Counted from the first letter of the stretch, positions 1-9,241 are shown. The stretch: 64,000 nucleotides of DNA from Syntrophorhabdaceae bacterium (GCA_963665295.1 OY762209.1:5152001-5216000), one strand, 5' to 3'. The notes: generated from the sequence alone by a model not told the origin. Made by a program: numbers and translations.

Positions 1-2
1 TA

Positions 3-524
3 CACACTTTCTTTGAGGGGCCGTCTCGGCGTGTCCTTGGGTATTTCGTCAAAATACCCGAGAGGGGTCATCTCCACTACCGAGAACCCGTCAGGGATTT
101 TAAGTATCTTCCCCGCTCCCGGCGCGTCAAAGTTGCCTACATGGACGGTCCCGAGGCCGAAATTCCATGCGGCAAGGACTACATGCTCCATGGAGATGCC
201 CGAGTCGAACATGAACCAGTCCCCCTTGTCCGTCACGGGCACACCCTTGCGGCAACCCGACACTCCCAACCGGGCGACCACACAGATCACCAAGGGAGCG
301 CCGACCATGGCGTCCCTCGCGGGGTTGGCCGGGCTCAGAGTGTCTCTCAGCGCCTGCTTTATGTCCTGGTCTTTTACCACGATAAACAAGGGGACCTGTG
401 TGTTTGCCCACGACGGTGCGTGCCGGGCCGCGTCGAGAATCTCGACAACTATCTCATGCGGGATCGGGTCCGGGAGATACCTTCTCACGCTTCTCCGCTC
501 CCGCATCACCTTCAAAATATCCAT
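3..524 (-). CDS. Nitroreductase family protein (3' end runs off the window)
   Basis: Not in the ORF track. Manual translation gives MDILKVMRERRSVRRY...ARHAPSWANTQ...MFDSGISMEHVVLAAWNFGLGTV; GGAGGTG SD at 529-535; no stop before the window edge. Confidence 0.9.
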   Translation of the reverse strand, partial: MDILKVMRERRSVRRYLPDPIPHEIVVEILDAARHAPSWANTQVPLFIVVKDQDIKQALRDTLSPANPARDAMVGAPLVICVVARLGVSGCRKGVPVTDKGDWFMFDSGISMEHVVLAAWNFGLGTVHVGNFDAPGAGKILKIPDGFSVVEMTPLGYFDEIPKDTPRRPLKESV

Positions 525-605
525 GCGCCACCTCCGGTCGGAATCATCCAAATATAGCGCGGCCGGAAGGGAGTGTCAACAATGATGATCATCCGGGGGG
601 GTATA

Positions 606-959
606 CTACGGGGTGTAATGAAACGCAAGCCACACGGTCTCGTCGTCCGCGCCGGTCCACTCCACCCTGTGCCTCAGGTGGGGCGGGATAAATTGGTAGT
701 CTCCCGGCCGCATGACCCTCGCCTCTGTTTCCCCTTCCATGAGAAGGCCCGCGCTGCCCTTGAGGAGGATCACCCATTCCGCCGTTTCCTGGTCGTACCA
801 CGTTTCCGGGGCAGTGGCGTGTCCTTTTGAGACGATACGCTCCAGCCTGAACCCCTTCACTGCAAGGAGGGTTTCGAGCAGCTCTTCCTTAAGGACATCG
901 GGAATCAGGGAATAGATGTTTCCCTCATCTCCATCGTTTTTTGCGGTCCTCGCCATCAA
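606..959 (-). CDS. Cupin domain protein
   Basis: ERIVSKGH...WYDQ..EWVILLKGSA...PGDYQFIPPHLRHRVEWT cupin motifs; overlaps the stop of the upstream gene. Confidence 0.85.
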   Translation of the reverse strand: MMARTAKNDGDEGNIYSLIPDVLKEELLETLLAVKGFRLERIVSKGHATAPETWYDQETAEWVILLKGSAGLLMEGETEARVMRPGDYQFIPPHLRHRVEWTGADDETVWLAFHYTP

Positions 960-3900
960 CTCTCCATCTCGTCCTTCACGATTTCGAGGAACCTCACCAC
1001 CCTGTAGCCGGATCGTTCCGACGCTTTACACAGGGCCTCCACGAGGGTGTGGTACTTGTCCAGGTCCGCCGGGTCCCGGCCCGTATCGGCTGACTTCTTT
1101 CCGTTAAGCTTGATGGCCTGGACCGTGAGGAGAGAAACGAGCAGTTCCTGGAAGCTGTCCCTGCTGAACCAGAGGACTTGCCGGTACTCGTTCACTTGAA
1201 GGAATTGCGTGGTCTCTTCATCGCTGAAAAGCAGGGCAAGTCTGTCGCGCAGGCTTGTCGCGTCCGGGGCCTCGAGGGTCGCGCAATGTCTGACGAGGAG
1301 CTCGACCAGCGCCGTGGCCCGGAGCGCCAGTTGACGGTCAAGGCCAAGGCCTTCGAAGGTCTCCGTAATGACAGGTCTCAAGAACCACTCATCGATCAGC
1401 TTCCTGCCCTCTTCGGGACTCTCCTGGTTTCCCGTAAGCATACCGCCCAGGGCATGGATCAGGACCCATGCGAGGTATGTGTAAAAAGAAGCAGGATTAT
1501 CCGCTGGGTTGAGGCAGAGATATTCCGCGTCCTCCGCGGGAAAATCCGCTCTGGGGCGGCCCTTTTCCTCCTGAGGTAAAGAGGAGAGAAAGAGCAGTGA
1601 TTCGAGCTTTCGCCCCGTGCACTGCATGATATCCGTTTCGCTGCCGGGGCCGTTCCCGTGGCGCTTTATCTCCTGAAGGAGGCGGAGCATCCTTTCCTCG
1701 ATCTCCCCCATGAGGGGAGCGAGGAATTCCTGCTCTTCGAAACCGGGCAATGCCATGGCCGCTTCCCGCAATCTCCGGAACAAGTTGACATTGACCACGT
1801 CCCTGAAACAATGGAGCACGGGCTGAAGGAGCATCTCCTTCAGGGCCTTTCCCATGTCGGGGACCCCACGGCCGTTGAGGTACGCGGCAAGGCGGGAGTA
1901 ATGGCGCCACTCATTATCCACAACCTCCTGGAAATCGAGAAAGACATGGTAGCCATAGGCCCCAAGTTCCACGTAAAGTCCTTTTTCGTGGATTTGCCTG
2001 TTCCCCCTCACAAACCTGAGACCCGATACATGGTCTCTGAATATAGTGAAACAGCCCTCTCCGGACGGCAGGCCGAGACCCTCTCCAAGGGTTTTCTGTA
2101 CGAGGTCCCGGGCATCGCCTTCACCCCTCTTGACCAGATAGGCGACGGAGGTCCTGATCCACCCCGCGGTGTCACCGAATTTATTATGGTATGCCACAAG
2201 GGCCCGCTCTCCGCCAAGCCGGTTCGAATAGGCGTATACGTCTTCGTTCACTGTCCCCTCGGCGGTAAAGAAATCATAGAGGAGAAAATGCTCTACACCG
2301 GCGAAGAGGTGCCTCAGGTGAAGAAGGGGGAAGATCTCCCTTTCATGGCGATCCATGAGATACGGGTCGGGCGATTCTTCCCGGTATGCCCGCCGGTACT
2401 CCATGCCATACTTCTCCGTGAAACCCTCGATCTGCCCGTGGCCGAACATGGGAAGACCGGGCATGGTGATCATCACCATGCAGGAACCGAAGTATTTTCC
2501 GTCCTTGCCGAACTGGTCCACAGCGGTCCGTTCGTCGGGGTTGTTCATGAAATTCACGAAACGCCTGAGGATCTCGGGGTCGAATTCGAGGGTATTCTTC
2601 ATGACCTGGCGATATCCCGCATTGTCCTCGTCCCTGAGCATGTTCATAAAGGCGCTGTTATACACCCGGTGCATACCGAGAGAGCGCACAAAATAGCCTT
2701 CGAGAAGCCAGAAGGCTTCGGCAAGAAGCAGGGTGTCGGGGGCTTCCGCAGCCACACGGTCCACGACCTCCCTCCAGAACTCTTTCGGCATGGCTTCGTT
2801 GAACTCTTCTTTGGTAAGGCCGAACTCCGCCCTTGTGGGGATGGCCCCGCCTGTCCCGGGCTCGGGGAACCAGAGGCGCTGGTAGTGCTTCTTCGTAAGG
2901 GTCATGGCAGCGTCGAACCGGATAACGGGGAACTTTCGCGCCACGTGGAGGATCGTCCGGATCATGGCCTCCCGCACCTCGGGGTTCAGGTAATTCAACT
3001 GTGCCGTATCATTCCACGGCATGCTGGTGCCGTCGTTTCCGTGATAGACGTATGACTCGTCCCCTGTCCACCGGTCGAGCCTTTTAAACACGACTGCCGC
3101 GTCGGACTGGTTGTAATAATGGTCCTCCACGAAAATGCCGACCCTCTCGTCGTGGGAGAGGTCCACCCCGCTGAAGGTATACCAGGGAAAAGGGTTGTAG
3201 TCGAGGGATACAAACCAATCAGGGTGTTCCACGGTCCACTTGGAGTATATGCCCACGTGATTGGGCACCATGTCGCTCGCAAGGCGGATGCCCCGGGTCC
3301 ACGCCCGGTCTCTGAGGTTGGAGTAGGCTTCCTCGCCCCCCAGGTCCGCCGCGATCACGTAATCGTAAAGAGAGTAGGCGGAAGGAACCGCTTCGGGATT
3401 GCCGCACAACTGTTTGATCTTCTGAGATGAAGAGCTTCTTTCCCACACGCCGATAAGCCAAAGGCCCGAGAACCCCTGGCGGCGGAGGGTATCGAGTTCC
3501 TCATCCGGTATCTCGTCAAGGCTGGTGATCGACTCGCTGTATTTCTTCGAGAGTTGGTCAAGCCAGACGTAAATGTTCTTTGCAATGAGCACAAGTTCAG
3601 GCATCCACTCGCGGTCGGGGCTGAACTCCTCGGATTCGGCTTCGGCTTCGTACCCGTATCCTGCTGCGGCTGCCCCGAACTTCAATACCTGCGCCCGGCC
3701 CGGCCCGGCAAAGGTCATCTTTTCCTCTTCCTTGAACAGGTCGAGGGCCTTGAGGATTCGGCGGAGCAGGTTCTTGAGAATTATGCCCCAACGCTCACGG
3801 ATATATCCGAGTTGGCCGGAGAGGGAGTAAGGCACCATGACCGCCGGGCTCCTCAACATGTCCACAAGATGCTGACGAATGGGCCCAAAGGGAGGCTTGG

Positions 3901-4483
3901 TGTCAAAATAAGACCTGAGTCCCGAGATGATATGCGGATAGCTCGTGGTCTTGCGCAATACCGTATCGTCGAAAAGCTCCACAAAAGGTGAAAAGGCGGG
4001 GTTCATATTCGCAAGCCAGAGAAGAAGCATCTCTTCGAGTACGATCTCCCGGTTGGGCGTCCCTTCCGTAGCGCCGTCCAGGTAGGCCTCGAGGGTTATC
4101 TCTTCCCGGTACACGGCGATAGCGGGAAATTCGTCGGCGAAGGCCCGCAAAGTGTTGTCCACCGCGTCTTTGCCCAGGGTATCGTAAAGGGCTCCGAGGG
4201 CGTTTTTGATGGCATCTTTGTCGACTTCACGCCGGTACAGGGAGACAACGTAATGAAGGGCCTCGTCAATGAGCCCCATGGCGGTTATCTGCCCCGGTTT
4301 CACGGCTTGTTCCGGATGGTTCACCAGGTCCCTTTTCTCGTTCATCTTCTGGGCAAACACCCTTGCGGCGCGATAGTCGGCAAAAATCACGTTGCCGTTA
4401 AAGGAAAATATGGATTCGTCGAAGTCATACCGGGCCCTGGCGCGCCTCGACACGTGGAATTCCATAACCGTTGTATTTTTCAT
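956..4483 (-). CDS. Large alpha-amylase family (GH13) glycoside hydrolase
   Basis: GH13 regions ASDMVPNH, IRFDAAM, LLAEAFW, FMNNPDE; start moved to ATG 4483, just downstream of a sigma70-like promoter. Confidence 0.85.
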   Translation of the reverse strand: MKNTTVMEFHVSRRARARYDFDESIFSFNGNVIFADYRAARVFAQKMNEKRDLVNHPEQAVKPGQITAMGLIDEALHYVVSLYRREVDKDAIKNALGALYDTLGKDAVDNTLRAFADEFPAIAVYREEITLEAYLDGATEGTPNREIVLEEMLLLWLANMNPAFSPFVELFDDTVLRKTTSYPHIISGLRSYFDTKPPFGPIRQHLVDMLRSPAVMVPYSLSGQLGYIRERWGIILKNLLRRILKALDLFKEEEKMTFAGPGRAQVLKFGAAAAGYGYEAEAESEEFSPDREWMPELVLIAKNIYVWLDQLSKKYSESITSLDEIPDEELDTLRRQGFSGLWLIGVWERSSSSQKIKQLCGNPEAVPSAYSLYDYVIAADLGGEEAYSNLRDRAWTRGIRLASDMVPNHVGIYSKWTVEHPDWFVSLDYNPFPWYTFSGVDLSHDERVGIFVEDHYYNQSDAAVVFKRLDRWTGDESYVYHGNDGTSMPWNDTAQLNYLNPEVREAMIRTILHVARKFPVIRFDAAMTLTKKHYQRLWFPEPGTGGAIPTRAEFGLTKEEFNEAMPKEFWREVVDRVAAEAPDTLLLAEAFWLLEGYFVRSLGMHRVYNSAFMNMLRDEDNAGYRQVMKNTLEFDPEILRRFVNFMNNPDERTAVDQFGKDGKYFGSCMVMITMPGLPMFGHGQIEGFTEKYGMEYRRAYREESPDPYLMDRHEREIFPLLHLRHLFAGVEHFLLYDFFTAEGTVNEDVYAYSNRLGGERALVAYHNKFGDTAGWIRTSVAYLVKRGEGDARDLVQKTLGEGLGLPSGEGCFTIFRDHVSGLRFVRGNRQIHEKGLYVELGAYGYHVFLDFQEVVDNEWRHYSRLAAYLNGRGVPDMGKALKEMLLQPVLHCFRDVVNVNLFRRLREAAMALPGFEEQEFLAPLMGEIEERMLRLLQEIKRHGNGPGSETDIMQCTGRKLESLLFLSSLPQEEKGRPRADFPAEDAEYLCLNPADNPASFYTYLAWVLIHALGGMLTGNQESPEEGRKLIDEWFLRPVITETFEGLGLDRQLALRATALVELLVRHCATLEAPDATSLRDRLALLFSDEETTQFLQVNEYRQVLWFSRDSFQELLVSLLTVQAIKLNGKKSADTGRDPADLDKYHTLVEALCKASERSGYRVVRFLEIVKDEMES

Positions 4484-4489
4484 GCACCC

Positions 4490-4518
4490 ATGGTAACACA
4501 GGGGTATTTGAGAGTCAA
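4490..4518 (-). promoter_or_regulatory. Sigma70-type promoter of the GH13 gene (probably leaderless)
   Basis: TTGACT-N17-TACCAT, 6 nt before the ATG at 4483, no SD. Confidence 0.6.
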
Positions 4519-4655
4519 TAAATGGACACCCCAATCAGTCGATAAATTGAAATATCCCGGTGCCTTCGGGTGGGCCCCCGCCTCCCTGGGAGGCCGCGCC
4601 GGCAGCGGGTCGTTCCGCCTTGATCCGAGGCAGCGGAGGATACCGTGCCGTCGCA

Positions 4656-6447
4656 CCTTAATCCCCCACCAAAAATAATCAAAAACCCCGTTGGCCCCTA
4701 CGAATAGGGATGATAGAATGTAGTCACCACACCAAATTCCATCACCAACGAGGTGAATCAATTATGCCACAGGGCCTCCTTCCGTACAAGTATGAAGAAG
4801 AGAAAAGAGAAACAGGCATGACCTCCCTCGCAGGGCTCCCCCTCTACCTCGACCTTGCATCGGCCTTGGGCCTCGCCGGTTCGATCGGTGCTCACATGCA
4901 TATAAAGAGTGAAGGCTGGACAGACACGCAGATAATCCTCACCCTCATTCTTCTGAACCTTGCCGGAGGAGACAGCGTAGACGATGTAACTATCCTTGAA
5001 AAGGATGAGGGGCTGTGCAGAGTCGTGCGGCGAATAGAACAGAAAGGGCTTACCCGCAAGGAACGGAAAGCCCGGGAGCGGCAACGCACGTTCCCTTCCC
5101 CTTCCCCGATATTCCGGTATCTCTCCGCCTTCCATGATGCGCGGGAGGAGAAGAAGAGGGAAAAGGGGAAGGCCTTCATTCCCGCCCCGAACGAGCATCT
5201 TATGAACCTCATGAAGGTACACCGGGATTTCATCTGCTCCATAGTGAAGTCCGCCTCCCCAAAGGTCGCGACCCTCGATATGGATGCAACCCTGATAGAG
5301 ACGTTGAAGAGAAGCGCCCTCTTCAGTTATAAACACCATAAGGCCTATCAACCGTTCAATACCTGGTGGGCGGAACAGGAGTTGATTCTTCATACCGAGT
5401 TCAGGGACGGCAATGTCCCTGCGGGACATGAACAGTTAAGAGTATTCAAGGAAGCCCTCTCAAAGCTTCCTCCCGGTGTAGAGAAGGTCTATCTCCGTTC
5501 CGATACCGCAGGGTATCAACACGACCTCCTGAAGTACTGCGAGAATGGCGAAAATACACGCTTCGGCAGGATCGAGTTTGCCATAGGCGCCGATGTGACC
5601 TCTGAGTTCAAAAAGGCAGTGGCCCAGGCAGAAGAGTGGAGACCTCTCTATAAAGAAGGAAAGGAGACGGGAAGGGAGTGGACCGAAGTCTGCTACGTAC
5701 CCAATGCGGTCGGCCACAGCAAAAAGGATCCGGAATACCGCTACTTCGCTACCCGTGAGCTTTTAAAACAGGATATCCTTCCCGGCATGGAAGGGCAACT
5801 CTCATTCCCTACGATGATGATGACACAAAAGCGCTACAGGATATTCGGCATCGTCACAAACAGGGATATGGAAGGAGATGAACTGATACGGTGGCATTAT
5901 AAACGGGCAGGGAAATCGGAGGAGGCCCACTCTATCATGAAAGAGGACCTTGCCGGGGGAAGACTCCCAACGGGTAAGTTCGGAGAGAATGCCGCCTGGT
6001 GGTGGATAATGGTCCTCGCCTTTAATATCAATTCGGCATTGAAACGTCTGGTGCTGAAAGGATCATGGGCCACCAGGAGAATGAAGGCGATCCGCTTTTC
6101 CCTCATCAACCTGCCGGGAAGGGTCATGACCCACGCGAGGGAACTTGTGATCCGCATATCGAGAGAACACCCCTCCCTGGAATTATTGTTCGCAGCACGG
6201 CAACGCATCATGGAGCTTGTACTTTCGGGATAGATGATGAGAAGCGGGGAAGAGACTCTTTGTGGAACGAGACGGCGAAAGGAGGGGTGTGCCCAAATCT
6301 TACCCGTCAGAGAGGCGTGTGCCATGTCTGGATAGACGAAACGGAACGAAGGGTTCATATTTGATTCCGATTTAAAGGGTGGTGGGGAAAGACGGCTCGG
6401 ATGGAGGGCAAAGCAGCGGTAAGGGCGAGAGGGGTGGTGGATTATGG
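4656..6447 (+). mobile_element. IS1380-family insertion sequence, apparently complete (1792 bp)
   Basis: Left end CCTTAATCCCCCACC vs reverse complement of right end CCATAATCCACCACC (13/15 match); CGCA direct repeat at 4652-4655 and 6448-6451; one transposase ORF. Confidence 0.85.
4764..6233 (+). CDS. IS1380-family DDE transposase
   Basis: TSLAGL, TLDMDAT, EFRDGNVPA, YLRSDTAGY, HYKRAGKSEEAHSIMKEDL, FGENAAW motifs; GAGGTG SD before ATG 4764; TTGGCC-N17-TAGAAT promoter at 4691-4719. Confidence 0.9.
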   Translation: MPQGLLPYKYEEEKRETGMTSLAGLPLYLDLASALGLAGSIGAHMHIKSEGWTDTQIILTLILLNLAGGDSVDDVTILEKDEGLCRVVRRIEQKGLTRKERKARERQRTFPSPSPIFRYLSAFHDAREEKKREKGKAFIPAPNEHLMNLMKVHRDFICSIVKSASPKVATLDMDATLIETLKRSALFSYKHHKAYQPFNTWWAEQELILHTEFRDGNVPAGHEQLRVFKEALSKLPPGVEKVYLRSDTAGYQHDLLKYCENGENTRFGRIEFAIGADVTSEFKKAVAQAEEWRPLYKEGKETGREWTEVCYVPNAVGHSKKDPEYRYFATRELLKQDILPGMEGQLSFPTMMMTQKRYRIFGIVTNRDMEGDELIRWHYKRAGKSEEAHSIMKEDLAGGRLPTGKFGENAAWWWIMVLAFNINSALKRLVLKGSWATRRMKAIRFSLINLPGRVMTHARELVIRISREHPSLELLFAARQRIMELVLSG

Positions 6448-6460
6448 CGCACGAAAACCA

Positions 6461-6489
6461 TTGACGGAGCCCCCCTGTTCCCGTATACT
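6461..6489 (+). promoter_or_regulatory. Sigma70 promoter of the ilvB leader
   Basis: TTGACG-N17-TATACT. Confidence 0.75.
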
Positions 6490-6559
6490 GAATGTAAGAT
6501 TTATAAACAAGCTGAAAGGTACGGTGACTTTGAGAACAGACATCAGTGCAGGCCGTAAG

Positions 6560-6637
6560 ATGATCGTGGAAAAAGTAGTGCTCCTCGTCGTTGTAGTAAC
6601 GATCATATCAAGGTACGCACCGATGGGCCTCGGATGA
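6560..6637 (+). CDS. Branched-chain amino acid attenuator leader peptide (MIVEKVVLLVVVVTIISRYAPMGLG); may start at in-frame GTG 6524 or TTG 6530
   Basis: 12 of residues 2-16 are Val/Leu/Ile; lies between the promoter and an intrinsic terminator directly upstream of ilvB. Confidence 0.8.
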   Translation: MIVEKVVLLVVVVTIISRYAPMGLG

Positions 6638-6657
6638 GAACCATCTGAAAAGGGATC

Positions 6658-6698
6658 AAAAGCCCCTGTCGGTGCAAGCCGACAGGGGCTTTTTTATT
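6658..6698 (+). terminator. Attenuator terminator upstream of ilvB
   Basis: AAAAGCCCCTGTCGG-tgcaag-CCGACAGGGGCTTTT followed by a T-tract. Confidence 0.85.
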
Positions 6699-6717
6699 AC
6701 GTGAAAGGAGCGGTGAG

Positions 6718-8391
6718 ATGAGATTAAAAGGATCTGAGATTATCGTGAAGTCTTTGGAGAGGCAGGGCATAGAGATCGTATCCGGCATACCCGGGGGGTC
6801 CAACCTCCCCATATATGATGCCCTTCACAAAAGCACCATCCGTCATGTCCTCGCCCGGCATGAACAGGGTGCGGGCTTTATCGCTCACGGCATGGCGCGG
6901 TCAACAGGGCGGGCGGCCGTCTGTCTCGCCACCTCCGGCCCGGGAGTGATGAACCTTCTCACCGCCATAGCGGACGCAAAGCTCGATTCCGTACCCCTCG
7001 TGGCCGTCACCGGACAGGTGCCCCGTTCCATGATAGGCACCGACGCCTTTCAGGAGGTGGATACCTACGGCATGACCCTCAATATCACCAGGCACAATTT
7101 TCTCGTCAAGAGCGCCGCGGAGTTGGTCCGTCTCATGCCCAGGGCCTTCGAGATCGCCGAAGGGGGCCGCAAGGGTCCCGTGGTCGTCGATGTGCCGAAA
7201 GATGTCCAACTCCAGGAGGTGGAATTCGCCGATTGGCCCTGCCCGGCCCCGCGTGGGGCAACGCCGGGCCCACAGGATGCGGCGAAGCTGGAAAGAATCG
7301 CGGAGATGATACGGAAATCGAAGCGGCCCCTTATCTACGCGGGAGGAGGTATTGTCAATGCAGACGCCGGCGCGTCCCTCCTGGCCCTCGCGAGAAAAAA
7401 CTCCATCCCCGTGGCGCTCACCCTCATGGGGCTCGGGGCATTCCCGCCTGACGACCCCCTCTATGCGGGAATGCTCGGCATGCACGGAGCGCACTTCACG
7501 AATCATGTCGTTGATGAGGCGGACCTGCTCCTTGCCTTCGGGGTCCGGTTCGACGACAGGGCCATAGGCAAGGTCAAGGAATTCTGCCCGGGTGCCTCCA
7601 TAGTACACATCGACATCGACGATTCGGAGATCGACAAGATAAAAAAGTCGAATCTCTCCATGACTGCCGATATAGGACCTGCCCTGAGGGAGCTTGTGCC
7701 TCTCGTGGATACCCGGGTAAGGCCTGAATGGATGGCAAGGATCAAGGCGATAAAAGAGGAACACCCCTTCCGCCCTCCCCGTACCGCGGACCCTCTCCAC
7801 CCGGTCAACCTCATAGGCCGCTTAAGCGCCATGGCCGAGCCGGATGCGATCGTGACTACCGATGTGGGACAGCATCAGATGTGGGTCGCCCAGGCATACC
7901 CTTTCCACAGGCCGAGGCAGTTCCTCACCTCCGGAGGGCTCGGGACCATGGGTTTCGGACTTCCCGCGGCCATAGGGGCCGCCCTCGCCCATCCGGACCG
8001 TCAGGTCATCTGCGTGAGCGGCGACGGCTCGATCCAGATGAACATCCAGGAACTCGCGACCCTGGCGGAACTCAACCTCCGTGTCTCCATCGTCATAATG
8101 AACAACCAGCATCTCGGCCTGGTGAGACAGCAGCAGGAGTTATTCTTTGACGGGAATTACATCGCGTCGCGATTTGCGAGAAGGCTCGATTTCTCGGCTA
8201 TCGGCCGGGAGTTCGGCCTGAGGAGCGTCAATCTCGCCCATACGGGGGATCCACTCGGGGCCATTCGGGATATGCTTGCCGGACAGGGGCCGTGCATCAT
8301 CGATGCACCCGTTCATTTTGCGGAGAACGTGTTCCCCATGGTGCCCCCGGGGGCGGCAAACAGGGATATGATAGGGGCGGACCGCATGTGA
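6718..8391 (+). CDS. ilvB: Acetolactate synthase large subunit (biosynthetic type)
   Basis: GIPGG, RHEQGAG, TSGPG, DAFQE, RFDDR, TDVGQHQMW, SGGLGTMGFGLPAAIGA, GDGS...NN TPP motif. Confidence 0.95.
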   Translation: MRLKGSEIIVKSLERQGIEIVSGIPGGSNLPIYDALHKSTIRHVLARHEQGAGFIAHGMARSTGRAAVCLATSGPGVMNLLTAIADAKLDSVPLVAVTGQVPRSMIGTDAFQEVDTYGMTLNITRHNFLVKSAAELVRLMPRAFEIAEGGRKGPVVVDVPKDVQLQEVEFADWPCPAPRGATPGPQDAAKLERIAEMIRKSKRPLIYAGGGIVNADAGASLLALARKNSIPVALTLMGLGAFPPDDPLYAGMLGMHGAHFTNHVVDEADLLLAFGVRFDDRAIGKVKEFCPGASIVHIDIDDSEIDKIKKSNLSMTADIGPALRELVPLVDTRVRPEWMARIKAIKEEHPFRPPRTADPLHPVNLIGRLSAMAEPDAIVTTDVGQHQMWVAQAYPFHRPRQFLTSGGLGTMGFGLPAAIGAALAHPDRQVICVSGDGSIQMNIQELATLAELNLRVSIVIMNNQHLGLVRQQQELFFDGNYIASRFARRLDFSAIGREFGLRSVNLAHTGDPLGAIRDMLAGQGPCIIDAPVHFAENVFPMVPPGAANRDMIGADRM

Positions 8392-8407
8392 GCGCCGCCC
8401 CGCGATA

Positions 8408-8965
8408 TTACTTTGTGAGGTCGCCGATAGGCAATATGACTCTGCCCCGTGTCTCGTTCAGGACTTCGGCTATGGAAAGGTAGAAGGCGGAGAAGCCGCA
8501 TACGATGCCTTCCCAACCCGCTATCGTACCGATAGTGGCGCTACCCGTCCAATCACGTATGGCAAGGAGGAAGAAGAGCACTGCCAGACTCAGGAATACA
8601 AACTGGATAACCCTGTTCTTCCCGAAGGTTCCAAACCACATGCAGAATGTGAAAAGGCCCCACATGAAAAGGTACCATCCCACGAAGGCTTCGGAGTTTC
8701 CCGGGAGTCCCTTGAATATAAGCATAAAACAGAGGGTAAGCCAGAACAGGCCGTATGACGTGAACGCGGTGGTGCCGAAGGTGTTGCCTTTCTTGTATTC
8801 AAGAATGCCCGCGATGATCTGTGCCACGCCCCCGTAGAATATGCCCATGGCGAGGATCATGGACCCGATGGGAAAAAAACCGGCGTTGTGAATGTTGAGA
8901 AGGACCGTAGTCATCCCGAATCCCATTAAACCGAGGGGTGCGGGGTTTGAAAGTTTTTCTTCCAT
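8408..8965 (-). CDS. satP: GPR1/FUN34/YaaH family acetate/succinate uptake transporter
   Basis: NPAPLGLMGFGMTTVLLN signature, GNTFG..AFTSYG.FW; hydrophobic multi-TM protein. Confidence 0.9.
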   Translation of the reverse strand: MEEKLSNPAPLGLMGFGMTTVLLNIHNAGFFPIGSMILAMGIFYGGVAQIIAGILEYKKGNTFGTTAFTSYGLFWLTLCFMLIFKGLPGNSEAFVGWYLFMWGLFTFCMWFGTFGKNRVIQFVFLSLAVLFFLLAIRDWTGSATIGTIAGWEGIVCGFSAFYLSIAEVLNETRGRVILPIGDLTK

Positions 8966-9179
8966 TACAATATACCTCCCTTAAGATAATTAGTATGTCT
9001 CACCCCCTTTTGAAGCTTTCGGGGCCCGCACCAGTGTGCCCCACCAATGCGGACACGCTACAGAACATGGCCGTCCGGACCTTTGGTCACGCCATGTCTA
9101 CGCCTTCTGTTAGGAGGTGATATGCCGGATTATACTACTTCCGGCCGTCGATTGTACACAACTAAATACATCAGGGAAC

Positions 9180-9214
9180 CCGGGGGACACCCTTTGTATA
9201 CAGTTGTCCCCCGG
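9180..9214. terminator. GC-rich hairpin downstream of the hesB-like gene
   Basis: 10-bp perfect stem CCGGGGGACA/TGTCCCCCGG; weak U-tract. Confidence 0.45.
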
Positions 9215-9241
9215 TGATATACGGAAATACCTATGCCTGTC

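Noticed and set aside
13..585. 190-aa plus-strand ORF
   Set aside because: Shadow of the minus-strand nitroreductase, which has family motifs and an SD.
1658..3055. 465-aa plus-strand ORF
   Set aside because: Antisense to the GH13 gene, no motifs; typical GC-rich shadow frame.
6401..6523. 5' part of the 78-aa ORF 6401-6637
   Set aside because: Starts inside the IS and crosses the promoter; only the 3' part is the leader peptide.
9122..9217. 31-aa plus-strand ORF after AGGAGGTGA
   Set aside because: SD spacing is very short and it overlaps the satP promoter; the motif is better explained as the anti-SD of the minus-strand leader.
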